Origin: a bacterium
Lineage (GTDB): Bacteria; Bacillota; Clostridia; Lachnospirales; Lachnospiraceae
Reading direction: 5' to 3'
Assembly: GCA_963631525.1 (NCBI GenBank)
Contig: CAVGQQ010000002.1
Coordinates: forward strand, 35,843 to 99,842
Length of the DNA: 64,000 nucleotides
The position numbers and the translations under genes were made by a program. Shown in pieces: positions 1-9,472 of the stretch. Below the pieces are notes generated by a model. The model was not told the origin of the DNA, did no database searches, and saw only the letters and a list, made by a program, of their open reading frames with translations. Each line of letters opens with the position of its first letter. Position 1 is the first letter of the stretch.

Positions 1-2
1 GT

Positions 3-665
3 ATAGGGATTGGGGATATGTTGGTTGCAAGTACACGAAAATGGTTTCCGATGGCGGATGGAGGGGTTGTGGCATTTCGTAAGGGAGTGGACCGAAAAGC
101 AATTCCACTTGCATCTGCATATGATGAGGCTGTTTATACGCAGATGTTTCTTGCAGTTGCAAGAAACTATTATGGAGAAGCGGAAGCTTATGAAAAATAT
201 CCGGAAATTGAACGCTATGCAAATGCAAAACGTTATCTGGATTTTACACCACGCGCTATGACAGATATATCCAGACGCATATTTTTTCAAAGCAATATCA
301 AAGCCTTAATGGAAAAACGTCGTTTGAATTTTAATTATTTGTATGATTGTCTTTCACATATCAGTCAGATTCAGATTTATGGCGGGCGGATTGAAAAAGA
401 AGACGGAATCATTCCGTTTGGATTTCAGATGGTTGTTCCTGAACGAGAGGAGCTAAAAAAATATTTAATTGCGCATGGTGTGATTCCGGAAATTCAGTGG
501 GTGCTTCCAGATACCTATTATGAACCATCCGGATATGCGCAGTATATGTCAGAACATAGCTTAATGCTACAATGTGATCAGAGATATGGAGAAAAGGAAA
601 TGGCAGTGACATGTCATTGGATCCAAAAGTTTTACAGGGAAGAAAGGAGCAGGAAAAATGTATAA
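3..665 (+). CDS. 5'-truncated PLP-dependent DegT/DnrJ/EryC1/StrS-like aminotransferase (C-terminal part)
   Basis: Frame is open from the window edge (IGIGDMLVASTRKWF). S-x-R-K-W/DGG motif, RRLNF, and the C-terminal LQCDQRY fit DegT-family proteins. Confidence 0.6.
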   Translation: MGIGDMLVASTRKWFPMADGGVVAFRKGVDRKAIPLASAYDEAVYTQMFLAVARNYYGEAEAYEKYPEIERYANAKRYLDFTPRAMTDISRRIFFQSNIKALMEKRRLNFNYLYDCLSHISQIQIYGGRIEKEDGIIPFGFQMVVPEREELKKYLIAHGVIPEIQWVLPDTYYEPSGYAQYMSEHSLMLQCDQRYGEKEMAVTCHWIQKFYREERSRKNV

Positions 666-1611
666 GGTTGTGTTATTAAAACCGCTCCACCCATCAGGGG
701 TGGAGCTTTTGCGTAAGCATGGATGTGCGGTGTTTGTCAGCCGTGGAGTCACAGAAGCTGATTTTATAAAAGATATTCAGGATGCAGATGCAATATTTGT
801 CCGGAATGAACAAATAACGCCACATATGATGGATTCCGCCCCCAAGCTGAAGGTAATTGCCAAGCATGGTGCCGGATATGATAACATAGATGTGGACTAT
901 GCAACGAAAAGGCAGATTCGGGTGGTGTATGTTCCAGGTGGGAATACGGTATCTGTGGCAGAACATGTTTGCATGATGATGCTTGCCTGTGCGAGACGAA
1001 TCAATTATGTGCAGAATCAATTTAGAAGTGGAAATTATGCAGTTCGTTTTACTCTTTCCGATACACATGATCTTGCAGGAGCAACGCTTGGGATTATTGG
1101 TTGTGGACATATTGGCAGGATGGTGGCCAAGAAGGCACGGCAGGGATTTGATATGAAAGTGATAGGATATTCCCGCCATCATAATGAAACAGATTTAGAG
1201 GAGGATGGTATTTTATATAGGAACACGATGGAAGAAGTACTGCATGAAGCGGATTATGTATCAATACACCTTTCATCAACCCCGGAGACTGTTGGAATCA
1301 TAGGGGAAAAAGAGTTGGGAATGATGAAGAAAAGCGCATACCTGATCAATACTGCGCGAGGTAATATTGTGGATGAAAAGTCGCTGATCGCGGCACTAAT
1401 GAATGGAAAAATCATGGGAGCAGGTCTGGATGTATTTGCAGATGAACCAGTAAAGCCAGATAATCCGTTGTTATCTATGGAGCAGGTAATCGTCACACCG
1501 CATGTAGCAGGCATGACGATTGAAACTTCTGAGCGGTTAAGTCGTATTGGGGCAATGGGAATCCTTGAAGTTTTAACTGGTAATCCGGTTGTGACGTATC
1601 CGGTAAATTAA
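658..1611 (+). CDS. D-isomer-specific 2-hydroxyacid dehydrogenase (phosphoglycerate dehydrogenase-like)
   Basis: GAGYDNID, GIIGCGHIG Rossmann motif, LINTARG, GAGLDVF.DEP, TPHVAG. Confidence 0.92.
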   Translation: MYKVVLLKPLHPSGVELLRKHGCAVFVSRGVTEADFIKDIQDADAIFVRNEQITPHMMDSAPKLKVIAKHGAGYDNIDVDYATKRQIRVVYVPGGNTVSVAEHVCMMMLACARRINYVQNQFRSGNYAVRFTLSDTHDLAGATLGIIGCGHIGRMVAKKARQGFDMKVIGYSRHHNETDLEEDGILYRNTMEEVLHEADYVSIHLSSTPETVGIIGEKELGMMKKSAYLINTARGNIVDEKSLIAALMNGKIMGAGLDVFADEPVKPDNPLLSMEQVIVTPHVAGMTIETSERLSRIGAMGILEVLTGNPVVTYPVN

Positions 1612-2922
1612 CCGCAGCGTAAGATATATAACAGAGCCGATCCATGCAAATGGTTCGGCGGCAAAGATACCAACCGGTCCGACCAGATAGGTAATGATAA
1701 ATGCAGAAGAAATGCGGAATATAAACTGCATCAAGCCTGAAAATATTGGAGTCATGACATCTCCCATCCCCTGTAAGATGCTTCGTAAGGCATGATGAAG
1801 ATATAAGATATACAAAGGGCACCCAAGAAAGAATATAAACTGTGTGGCATAGTGAAGAATCTCCGCATAAGTTCCAGGTTCCGCGGAGATAAATAAAGAG
1901 AGCATTTGCTTGTGGAATAACACAATAAGCAGGGTTATAAAGCCAGAAACAACGGCTGATACCCGCAGCCCCGCAGAGATTCCCTGTTTGATGCGCTTGT
2001 CATTTCCTGCACCATAGTTCTGTCCGGTATATGTAAGGAGTGCAGAGGCAATTGCGATGGCTCCCATCTCTACCATGCCATAGTATTTATTAGCGGCTGT
2101 GTATCCGGCAATAAATGTAGAGCCTTGCCGATTTGTCAAATATTGGATAAACAAACCGCTGGTTGCAACGAGACAAAACTGAAATGCCATTGGGAGGGAA
2201 TAACGAAGAATGGATGTTATGACAGCTCCCTTTGGTACAAGATGGTTCTTTGTAAAATGTAGATTTTCATTTTTCAAAAGCCGGATCAGACAAATGACAG
2301 TAGAGACGCCTTGTGCCAACACCGTCGCAATGGCTGCGCTCGTAACACCCCATCCAAACACCAGAACAAAAACAGAATCCAGCAACACATTGGTAATAGA
2401 AGAAACGACCATCGCAATAAAAGGTGTTTTGCTGTCTCCATCTGCACGTAACAGCGCAGAGAGCGTGTTGTAAAAAAGATTCAATGGGATACCAAGATAG
2501 ATGACCCGTAAATAATGGTATGCATCTGTAATAATATCAGAAGGTGTATCTAATATCCTCAATGCAGGCATTGCAACTGCCTGTCCAACCGCGAATAACA
2601 GTATGGACAAAAGAATTGATAGAAAAATGCACATGGCGGATACAGAAAATAGTCCCTCTTTACTCTGTTTGCCCTTTTCCTGTGCGGCTCTGGTACAATA
2701 TCCCATTGTGATTCCGTTGATGATCGAAGTCATAAACCATGCAAGCCAGTCGGCAGAGCCGAGCGCGGCAAGGGCTTTGTAACCAAGCACCTTGCCGACG
2801 ATCATAGCATCTGCCAGCGTGTAAAATTGCTGCATGATATTTCCAAAGATCAGCGGTATTGCAAAACGTGTAATATTTTTCCAGGGAGTTCCTTTTGTCA
2901 TATCCATAAAATCACCTGCCAA
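1573..2922 (-). CDS. MATE family efflux transporter
   Basis: DMTKG..WKNITRFAIPLIFGNIMQQFYTLAD, LRADGDSKTP, many hydrophobic helices. Start may be the ATG near 2907. Confidence 0.9.
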   Translation of the reverse strand: MAGDFMDMTKGTPWKNITRFAIPLIFGNIMQQFYTLADAMIVGKVLGYKALAALGSADWLAWFMTSIINGITMGYCTRAAQEKGKQSKEGLFSVSAMCIFLSILLSILLFAVGQAVAMPALRILDTPSDIITDAYHYLRVIYLGIPLNLFYNTLSALLRADGDSKTPFIAMVVSSITNVLLDSVFVLVFGWGVTSAAIATVLAQGVSTVICLIRLLKNENLHFTKNHLVPKGAVITSILRYSLPMAFQFCLVATSGLFIQYLTNRQGSTFIAGYTAANKYYGMVEMGAIAIASALLTYTGQNYGAGNDKRIKQGISAGLRVSAVVSGFITLLIVLFHKQMLSLFISAEPGTYAEILHYATQFIFFLGCPLYILYLHHALRSILQGMGDVMTPIFSGLMQFIFRISSAFIITYLVGPVGIFAAEPFAWIGSVIYLTLRLIYRIRHNRITS

Positions 2923-2941
2923 TCTGAAATAAATTTATATA

Positions 2942-4216
2942 TTAAGGAAGCAGTTTGTCCAAAACACTGATACAGAAATCAATCTGCTCCTTTGTCACAA
3001 TGCAAGGGGCGATAAAACGAAGGACGTTGGAGTACGTTCCACATTTCAGGAGAATCAAGCCTTCGTCAACGGCTTTGTGCATGGTCTCGGCACAGAGGGC
3101 AGTATCAGGCGCATTTCCTTCCTTTACAAGCTCGATGGCAAGCATCAGACCGATACCACGCACATCTCCGATACAGGAATGCTTTTTCTGCAATGCAAGT
3201 AATTGCTCCTTAAAGTAAATACCCATAGAAGCAGCATTGTCGAGAGCACCATGTTCCAGAACCCCGATGCTTGCAAGTCCGGCTGCACAGGAGACCGGAT
3301 TACCGCCGAAGGTACCTCCATGAGCACCGGAAGGCCACTGTTCCATGATTTCTTTTTTGGCAATGACTGCGGAAAGAGGGAAACCAGCGCCTAATGCCTT
3401 TGCAGTAGACATGATATCCGGCTTTACACCGAAATGTTCATAGGCAAACATTTTACCGGTACGTCCAAATCCAGTTTGTACCTCATCAAAGATGAGCATG
3501 ATTCCATGTGTGTCACAGACATTTCTTACATATTGAACAAATTCCACAGGGGGAACGATATACCCGCCTTCGCCCTGAATTGGTTCCATAATGATTGCTG
3601 CAACCATAGATGGATCTACTAACTGTGAAAACAGGGAATCAAACTGATCAAAATACTGCTTTGGACAATGCACCCCATCGTTTGTGTATGGAGAACGGAA
3701 CAGATTCGGATATTCCAGAAAATAGGTGCTTGGAACCATCGGTTCATAATTTTTGCGGTAGGCAGAATTTGATCCGGTGATGGCTGCGGTTCCCATAGTA
3801 CGTCCGTGGAAAGAACCCTTGAACGAAATGACAGCCGGACGCTTCGTCACATATTTTGCAAGCTTTAAAGCACCTTCGTTTGCTTCAGCGCCAGAATTTG
3901 AGAAATACACCATAGTATCTCCACCGGTCAGTGCAACAAGCTTTTCTGCCAGTTCCACATAGGATTCGTAGTAGACCACATTATGTCCTGCATGAATCAG
4001 CTTATCAATCTGTTCTTTTGCAGCTTTGACTACAGCCGGATGATTGTGCCCCAGATTACATACGGCAACACCACTGGCGAAGTCGAGATATTTTTTCCCG
4101 TCCTCTCCATATAAATAAGAACCTTCTCCTTTGACAACGCCAAGTGTCGTGTAACGACCGGCAACCGGCGGCATAACTTTACAACAGCGTTCATACATGG
4201 TTTCGTTTGTTTCCAT
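2942..4216 (-). CDS. Class-III PLP aminotransferase (4-aminobutyrate/ornithine aminotransferase family)
   Basis: YLDFASG, NSGAEANE, SFHGRT, EPIQGEGG, DEVQTGFGRTG, AKALGAG, HGGTFGGNP. Confidence 0.93.
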   Translation of the reverse strand: METNETMYERCCKVMPPVAGRYTTLGVVKGEGSYLYGEDGKKYLDFASGVAVCNLGHNHPAVVKAAKEQIDKLIHAGHNVVYYESYVELAEKLVALTGGDTMVYFSNSGAEANEGALKLAKYVTKRPAVISFKGSFHGRTMGTAAITGSNSAYRKNYEPMVPSTYFLEYPNLFRSPYTNDGVHCPKQYFDQFDSLFSQLVDPSMVAAIIMEPIQGEGGYIVPPVEFVQYVRNVCDTHGIMLIFDEVQTGFGRTGKMFAYEHFGVKPDIMSTAKALGAGFPLSAVIAKKEIMEQWPSGAHGGTFGGNPVSCAAGLASIGVLEHGALDNAASMGIYFKEQLLALQKKHSCIGDVRGIGLMLAIELVKEGNAPDTALCAETMHKAVDEGLILLKCGTYSNVLRFIAPCIVTKEQIDFCISVLDKLLP

Positions 4217-4269
4217 ATAAATACACCTCCTAATGGTAAATTGTTTATGGCTTGTATTATAACACGATA

Positions 4270-4283
4270 TACTGTATACAGTA
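4270..4283. promoter_or_regulatory. Perfect palindrome TACTGTATACAGTA, putative GntR operator (aminotransferase side)
   Basis: Identical 14-mer also at 4452 and 9426, variant at 8640. Confidence 0.75.
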
Positions 4284-4367
4284 CACTAGGAAAAAGACGA
4301 GTTTTAAAGAAGATAATTAAGTCAAAAAGTGCATTTAAAAAATAAAAGTAAGAAATCACAAAATCAG

Positions 4368-4396
4368 TTGACAATGTGACGGTTGACCTTTATATT
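4368..4396 (+). promoter_or_regulatory. Sigma-A-type promoter of the ABC importer operon
   Basis: TTGACA (4368) - 17 nt - TATATT (4391). Confidence 0.65.
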
Positions 4397-4451
4397 AGCG
4401 CCTAAGGAACGGACAAACAGAAGAAAATAAAGTTCGAATCCTTAAGAACTC

Positions 4452-4465
4452 TACTGTATACAGTA
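4452..4465. promoter_or_regulatory. TACTGTATACAGTA operator in the leader of the ABC importer operon
   Basis: Exact copy of the palindrome at 4270 and 9426. Confidence 0.75.
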
Positions 4466-4503
4466 TTTCAAATACAGAAATACGTAAAACCAAGGAAGAA
4501 AGG

Positions 4504-5439
4504 ATGATGTTTATGAGAAAGAAGATGACAGCATTGGTGATGTCTCTTGCAATGATGGCTACACTTTGTGCCGGATGTGGAGATAAGAAAGAGGAGACCA
4601 CCACCACAGAGGCAACGACAACTGAAGCAAGCACAGAAGCGACAACGACAGAAGCTGCAACCGTCGCAGATGCAACTGCTTCCGATTCAGATTCCGAAGA
4701 GTATCTGACTGGAAATGAGGGGATTTATGAAGGAGAACATTTTATCGTAGGTATGTCGGTTGGCTATACAAACTTTGAAGAGTATGATGCAACAACAGGC
4801 GAGCCGGTCGGTTTGGATATTGATATTCTGAATTATATGGCAAAAGATCTTGGATTTACATATGAGATCTCTGATATGAAGCTTCCACAGATTGTAGCCG
4901 GTTTACAGGCGGAACAGTTGGATCTTTCTATTTCAGGTATGTATGAGACAGAAGAGCGTACCAAGGTTATAGACATGTCAGAAAGTTACCTGACAGCGAA
5001 GTCAGCCATGCTGATTCGTGCGGAGGATGCGGATACAATTAAGTCAACGGCAGATCTGAATGGAAAGACCGTATGTTGTGATGTTGGAGAGGCTTATTAT
5101 GAATCTGTCCTTCCAACAATCGAAGGCGCAACCGTTGTAGAATTTGATGACAATGCATCTTGTATCATGGCTGTACTTGGTGGACAGGCAGATGCCAGAA
5201 TCATTGATGGTGGTGGCGCAAAGAACATCTGTGAGGAGTACAATGGACAGCTTACCTACTTCATGCTGGATGAATCCATGATTCCAGGTATTGATGGAAA
5301 CCATTATTCAATGGGCTTTGTAAAGGGATCTCCGATGAAGGCAGTCTTCGATGCAGAGATTGAGAAGATGAAGAAAAACGGAGAACTGAAGAAGATTATT
5401 GATCAGTGGTTAGGTGAAGGTATGTACGACTTCGACTAA
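4504..5439 (+). CDS. Polar amino-acid ABC transporter substrate-binding lipoprotein
   Basis: Lipobox LCAGC, Thr/Glu-rich linker, SBP family 3 motifs (PVGLDIDI, SISGMYETEER, DLNGKTV). Confidence 0.9.
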   Translation: MMFMRKKMTALVMSLAMMATLCAGCGDKKEETTTTEATTTEASTEATTTEAATVADATASDSDSEEYLTGNEGIYEGEHFIVGMSVGYTNFEEYDATTGEPVGLDIDILNYMAKDLGFTYEISDMKLPQIVAGLQAEQLDLSISGMYETEERTKVIDMSESYLTAKSAMLIRAEDADTIKSTADLNGKTVCCDVGEAYYESVLPTIEGATVVEFDDNASCIMAVLGGQADARIIDGGGAKNICEEYNGQLTYFMLDESMIPGIDGNHYSMGFVKGSPMKAVFDAEIEKMKKNGELKKIIDQWLGEGMYDFD

Positions 5440-5486
5440 TCTTTAAGAAGAAACATAACTACGCTGCTAATGAAGGGAGATTTGCT

Positions 5487-6158
5487 ATGAAATTAAAATT
5501 AGATTTTTCCAGTTTGTGGGCGTATCGGATGAGCTGGGTAAAAGGTCTTGAGAGCACATTACTGGTTACCTTGATTGCATTAGCGGTAGCAGTTGTAATC
5601 GCACTTGTTCTGGCTGCATTCCGCTTATCAAAGATTAAACCATTGAACTGGATTGCATCCATTTACCTGTCGATATTCCGAGGTGTACCGCAGATTGTAC
5701 AGATCATGTTCATCTATTTTGGTATCCCACAGTTAACCGGACATAAGTTTGCACCGTTTGTAGCGGGCTGGCTTGCACTCGGCTTAAATGCCGGTGCATT
5801 CATGTCCGAACTGTTAAGAGGTGGTATTCAAAGTGTTGATTATGGACAAAAAGAAGCGGCTGTTGCAATGGGAATGTCGGGGGCAAGGATACAGTTTGGT
5901 ATTGTGATTCCACAGGCAATCAAATCTATTTTGCCAGGACTGATCAATGAAGTAATTGCGCTGCTCAAGGGTTCTTCTTTGATCTATGCGATCGGTGCAG
6001 CAGAGCTGATGCGAAATACCCAGCTTGTTATATCGTCAACATTCCGAAGCTTTGAATGTTACATTATCATAGGTGTTATTTACTGGATATTGGTTACAAT
6101 TTTGACAACCATCGGCAGAAGAGTAGAAAGGTGGGTGAACAGAAGTGGTCAACGTTAA
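5487..6158 (+). CDS. Polar amino-acid ABC transporter permease
   Basis: [13 protein letters not shown] motif ([12 protein letters not shown]), LLKGSSL. Confidence 0.93.
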   Translation: MKLKLDFSSLWAYRMSWVKGLESTLLVTLIALAVAVVIALVLAAFRLSKIKPLNWIASIYLSIFRGVPQIVQIMFIYFGIPQLTGHKFAPFVAGWLALGLNAGAFMSELLRGGIQSVDYGQKEAAVAMGMSGARIQFGIVIPQAIKSILPGLINEVIALLKGSSLIYAIGAAELMRNTQLVISSTFRSFECYIIIGVIYWILVTILTTIGRRVERWVNRSGQR

Positions 6159-6867
6159 GGATGTGTATAAAAGATTTGGGGATTTAGAGGTCCTGAAAGG
6201 TATATCACTTGAAGTAAAACAGGGAGAGGTCGTATCCGTGATCGGCTCTTCCGGTTCTGGAAAATCCACGTTACTCCGCTGTATCAATCGACTGGAGGAA
6301 GTAACTTCCGGAGAGATATATTTTGAGGATCAGGAAATCACGGGAGATAAAAAGAATGTGAGGGAATTGCGCAGTAAAATAGGAATGGTATTCCAGAACT
6401 TCAATCTGTTCAAGCATATGACGATTATGAAGAATATGATTTATGCCCAGATGCATGTGAAGAAGGTTCCGAAGGAGGAGGCTGTCGAGAAAGCAAAGGT
6501 GTTGCTGGATCGTGTAGGTCTGTTGGATAAGGCGGATGTGTATCCGGTTACGTTATCCGGTGGTCAGCAACAGCGTGTAGCAATTGCACGGACGCTGGCA
6601 ATGAATCCGGATGTAATCTTATTTGATGAGCCGACTTCTGCACTAGATCCGGAGATGGTCGGAGAAGTTCTGGATGTAATAAAGGATTTGACGAAGACGG
6701 GTATCACGATGATCATCGTCAGTCATGAGATGGCATTTGTCCGTGAGGTTTCAGACCGGGTTGTGTTTTTGGAGCAGGGAGTATTGATTGAAGATGCTCC
6801 GGCAAAAGAGTTTTTTGATCATCCAAAGACAGAGCGGGCAAAAGCATTTTTGGAAAAGATGTTATAA
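6145..6867 (+). CDS. Polar amino-acid ABC transporter ATP-binding protein (GlnQ-like)
   Basis: [29 protein letters not shown]. Confidence 0.95.
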   Translation: MVNVKDVYKRFGDLEVLKGISLEVKQGEVVSVIGSSGSGKSTLLRCINRLEEVTSGEIYFEDQEITGDKKNVRELRSKIGMVFQNFNLFKHMTIMKNMIYAQMHVKKVPKEEAVEKAKVLLDRVGLLDKADVYPVTLSGGQQQRVAIARTLAMNPDVILFDEPTSALDPEMVGEVLDVIKDLTKTGITMIIVSHEMAFVREVSDRVVFLEQGVLIEDAPAKEFFDHPKTERAKAFLEKML

Positions 6868-6892
6868 GTTATTTTGGGAAGAATGGAGATGA

Positions 6893-7900
6893 ATGACTAT
6901 GGCAATGGTTGCTAGACCGTATGAAGGATTGAATTCAGTCAGCCGATTATTTTCGGCAGAGATAGAGCCATCGTTTTTTGATGCTGCAAAAATGGAAGCG
7001 TACTGGGGCGCACATTGGGGCGTGAACAGTGAGTATGGAAAGCTGAAAGCGGTCTATATGCATCGACCGGGAGAAGAGCTCACAACGATGACAACGAAGG
7101 ATTATGATCCCGAAAGAGATGCATTGATCGGAGAAAATTACAGTTACTACTGGCGCGGACATGAGGCACCAAATATTGAAAAAGCACAGGCACAGCATGA
7201 CTATTTTGCAGATGTGATTCGTTCATACGGAGCCGAGGTTGTCTATACAAAGGATAACCCCATTTATCTTCGAAAGACAGTCAATACACGTGATGTAGCA
7301 GCGGCTGTTCCGGGTGGAGTGATCATCATGCGTCTGGCACCACATATGCGGCGCGGGGAAGAGCTGGTTGCCACGAGAACGCTTGGTGGACGCGGTGTCC
7401 CGATTCTGCACACGATAACAGGCACAGGCATCATGGAAGGTGGCGGTGTACTGGTTATGGATTCCCATCACGTGGCGGTTGCACATTCGCACCGTTGTAC
7501 GCAGGAGGGCATTGCTCAGTTGAAGATGGTTCTGAATCCGATGGATATTGAGGTGATTCCGGTGCCGGTTGGCGGTTACGCAATCCATATTGACAGTCTG
7601 GTATCGTTCATTGGACCAAAGATGGCACTGATCAACACGGAAAAACTGCCGTATTTCTTCATTGAGCGTCTGCAGAAAATGGGATATAAGCTGATTGAGG
7701 TAGAGCCAGATGAAGGCTGGGCGATTAACTGTTTTGTGCTGGAGCCGGGCGTGCTCTGCATGATCGAGGGATATCCGAAGACAAAGGCAAAGCTGGAAGC
7801 AGAGGGCATCAAGGTTATTCCGATTCCGTGGGATGAGAACATCCGTAGCGGTGGCGGCCTGCACTGTGGTACCTGTCCGCTTATGCGGGAATATGTGTAG
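6893..7900 (+). CDS. Amidinotransferase / dimethylarginine dimethylaminohydrolase / arginine deiminase superfamily enzyme
   Basis: SEYGKLKAVYMHRPGEE, NTRD, RRGE, EGGG, HID, and C-terminal GGGLHC with the catalytic Cys. Confidence 0.88.
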   Translation: MTMAMVARPYEGLNSVSRLFSAEIEPSFFDAAKMEAYWGAHWGVNSEYGKLKAVYMHRPGEELTTMTTKDYDPERDALIGENYSYYWRGHEAPNIEKAQAQHDYFADVIRSYGAEVVYTKDNPIYLRKTVNTRDVAAAVPGGVIIMRLAPHMRRGEELVATRTLGGRGVPILHTITGTGIMEGGGVLVMDSHHVAVAHSHRCTQEGIAQLKMVLNPMDIEVIPVPVGGYAIHIDSLVSFIGPKMALINTEKLPYFFIERLQKMGYKLIEVEPDEGWAINCFVLEPGVLCMIEGYPKTKAKLEAEGIKVIPIPWDENIRSGGGLHCGTCPLMREYV

Positions 7901-7929
7901 CGATTAGATATTCTGGGAGGAGGTGTCCT

Positions 7930-8529
7930 ATGAAAAATAATTATGTAGTCACGATTACAAGACAGTTTGGCAGTCTTGGACGACCGATTGCACATCAGTT
8001 GTCGGAGAAGCTTGGAATCGAATATTATGACCGAGATATTGTAGAGACAACGGCAAAGCGCATGAATCAGCGCGTGTCTGTCATCAGTGATGCAGAAGAA
8101 GCAGCAAAGTCTTCCTTCTTCAAGATGCGGTTCCCACTTGGAACAGAGGAAAGCCGGATACAGGATGAAATCTTTGATGTGCAGCAGAAGATCATAACAG
8201 AGCTTGCGGATAAAGAATCCTGTATTATTGTTGGGCGATGCTCAGATTATGTATTGCGTAATTACAAAAATGTCATTCATATTTATATTTATGCGCCATA
8301 TGAGGCGCGCATCAATAATTGCGTGGACTATCTGCATATGACAAGAGAGGATGCCATAAAGGAAATGACAACGGTTGACAAGGCACGTTGTGCATATCAT
8401 GAGAAATATGCAGGCTATGCACCGGATGATTTCAACCACAAAAATTATATGGTGGACAGCAGTGTGCTCGGTGTGGATGGAACCGCAGAGATATTAGCGG
8501 ATATCGTGCGCAAGAAATTCTGCATATAA
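7930..8529 (+). CDS. Cytidylate kinase-like family protein
   Basis: TITRQFGSLG, YYDRDIV, SCIIVGRCSDYVL. Confidence 0.85.
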   Translation: MKNNYVVTITRQFGSLGRPIAHQLSEKLGIEYYDRDIVETTAKRMNQRVSVISDAEEAAKSSFFKMRFPLGTEESRIQDEIFDVQQKIITELADKESCIIVGRCSDYVLRNYKNVIHIYIYAPYEARINNCVDYLHMTREDAIKEMTTVDKARCAYHEKYAGYAPDDFNHKNYMVDSSVLGVDGTAEILADIVRKKFCI

Positions 8530-8560
8530 AACAGCTTCACAAAAAAACTTATATTATAAA

Positions 8561-8592
8561 AGAACAGGCAGCTTAGCGGCTGTCTGTTTTTC
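8561..8592 (+). terminator. Rho-independent terminator
   Basis: AACAGGCAGC-loop-GCTGTCTGTT followed by Ts. Confidence 0.65.
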
Positions 8593-8614
8593 CAAATTTC
8601 GTGAGACCGTATGG

Positions 8615-8653
8615 TTGAAAATACATCTGATATTCAGTATAATGTATACAATA
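8615..8653 (+). promoter_or_regulatory. gntR promoter overlapped by a variant operator
   Basis: TTGAAA-17-TATAAT. TAATGTATACAATA (8640-8653, 12/14 match to the palindrome) overlaps the -10. Confidence 0.6.
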
Positions 8654-8672
8654 AAGACAGGGGGAGTGCATT

Positions 8673-9332
8673 ATGCCAAAATTACCATCTATATCGAAAG
8701 ATACGCTATCGGATAAAGCCTATCATATTATCAAAGAAGCAATTATATCAAACCAGTATAAGCCGGGGGATCTGCTTGTTGAAGAATCGTTGGCAGAGCA
8801 GTTATCAATCAGTCGTACACCAATTCGTGATGCATTGAAGCGGCTGCAGTTCGAACATATCATCAAGCCGAACAGCAATGGCAAACTAGTGGTATCTTCT
8901 GTTTCACTGGAGGATATACAGAATGTGACAGTTGTGCGGTGTAATCTGGAGAGTCTTGCAATCTCTTTGTTGGATGGCAAAATGGATGCTGAAAAGAAGA
9001 AAAAACTGAAAAAGCTGGCGGATAAGTGTGCGGCAATTATGAAAAATGGAATAGAAGGAAAAGCGTTGGAATATCTGGAGGCAGACTATGAGTTTCATAT
9101 GTATATCGCGGAATGTTCCGAAAATTCATTTTTATATGATATGATTGACCGTGTGAATTTTGTTACAAAACGGTTCCATATTTTATCGGGAACATTGGAT
9201 CTTTATATTCAGACGGCATTAGAGGAACATCAGGCAGTTGTGGATGCAATTATGGAAGACCGATATCAGGATGCAGCAGTTGCAATGGTGCGCCACCTGA
9301 ATCAAGTTGGATTAAGAATGCCTATAAAATAG
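8673..9332 (+). CDS. GntR family (FCD domain) transcriptional regulator
   Basis: LAEQLSISRTPIRDAL HTH; DYEFH and EEHQAVVDAI FCD motifs. Confidence 0.93.
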   Translation: MPKLPSISKDTLSDKAYHIIKEAIISNQYKPGDLLVEESLAEQLSISRTPIRDALKRLQFEHIIKPNSNGKLVVSSVSLEDIQNVTVVRCNLESLAISLLDGKMDAEKKKKLKKLADKCAAIMKNGIEGKALEYLEADYEFHMYIAECSENSFLYDMIDRVNFVTKRFHILSGTLDLYIQTALEEHQAVVDAIMEDRYQDAAVAMVRHLNQVGLRMPIK

Positions 9333-9400
9333 AAAAATAATTATAAAATCGAAAGTTTTCAGGTGAAAAAGTTTCAGGAATTCAAAGAACTGTGTCAAGC

Positions 9401-9440
9401 TTGACACGGTTCTTTTTTAACAATATACTGTATACAGTAT
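9401..9440 (+). promoter_or_regulatory. Promoter of rocB-like gene with operator over the -10
   Basis: TTGACA (9401) - 17 - TATACT (9424); ATACTGTATACAGTAT at 9425-9440. Confidence 0.75.
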
Positions 9441-9472
9441 TTAATATACGAAAGCAATAAAGGAGGGATCAT

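Noticed and set aside
4270..4283. LexA/SOS box
   Set aside because: Spacing does not fit CTGT-N8-ACAG, and Firmicute SOS boxes are GAAC-N4-GTTC; the local GntR explains it better.
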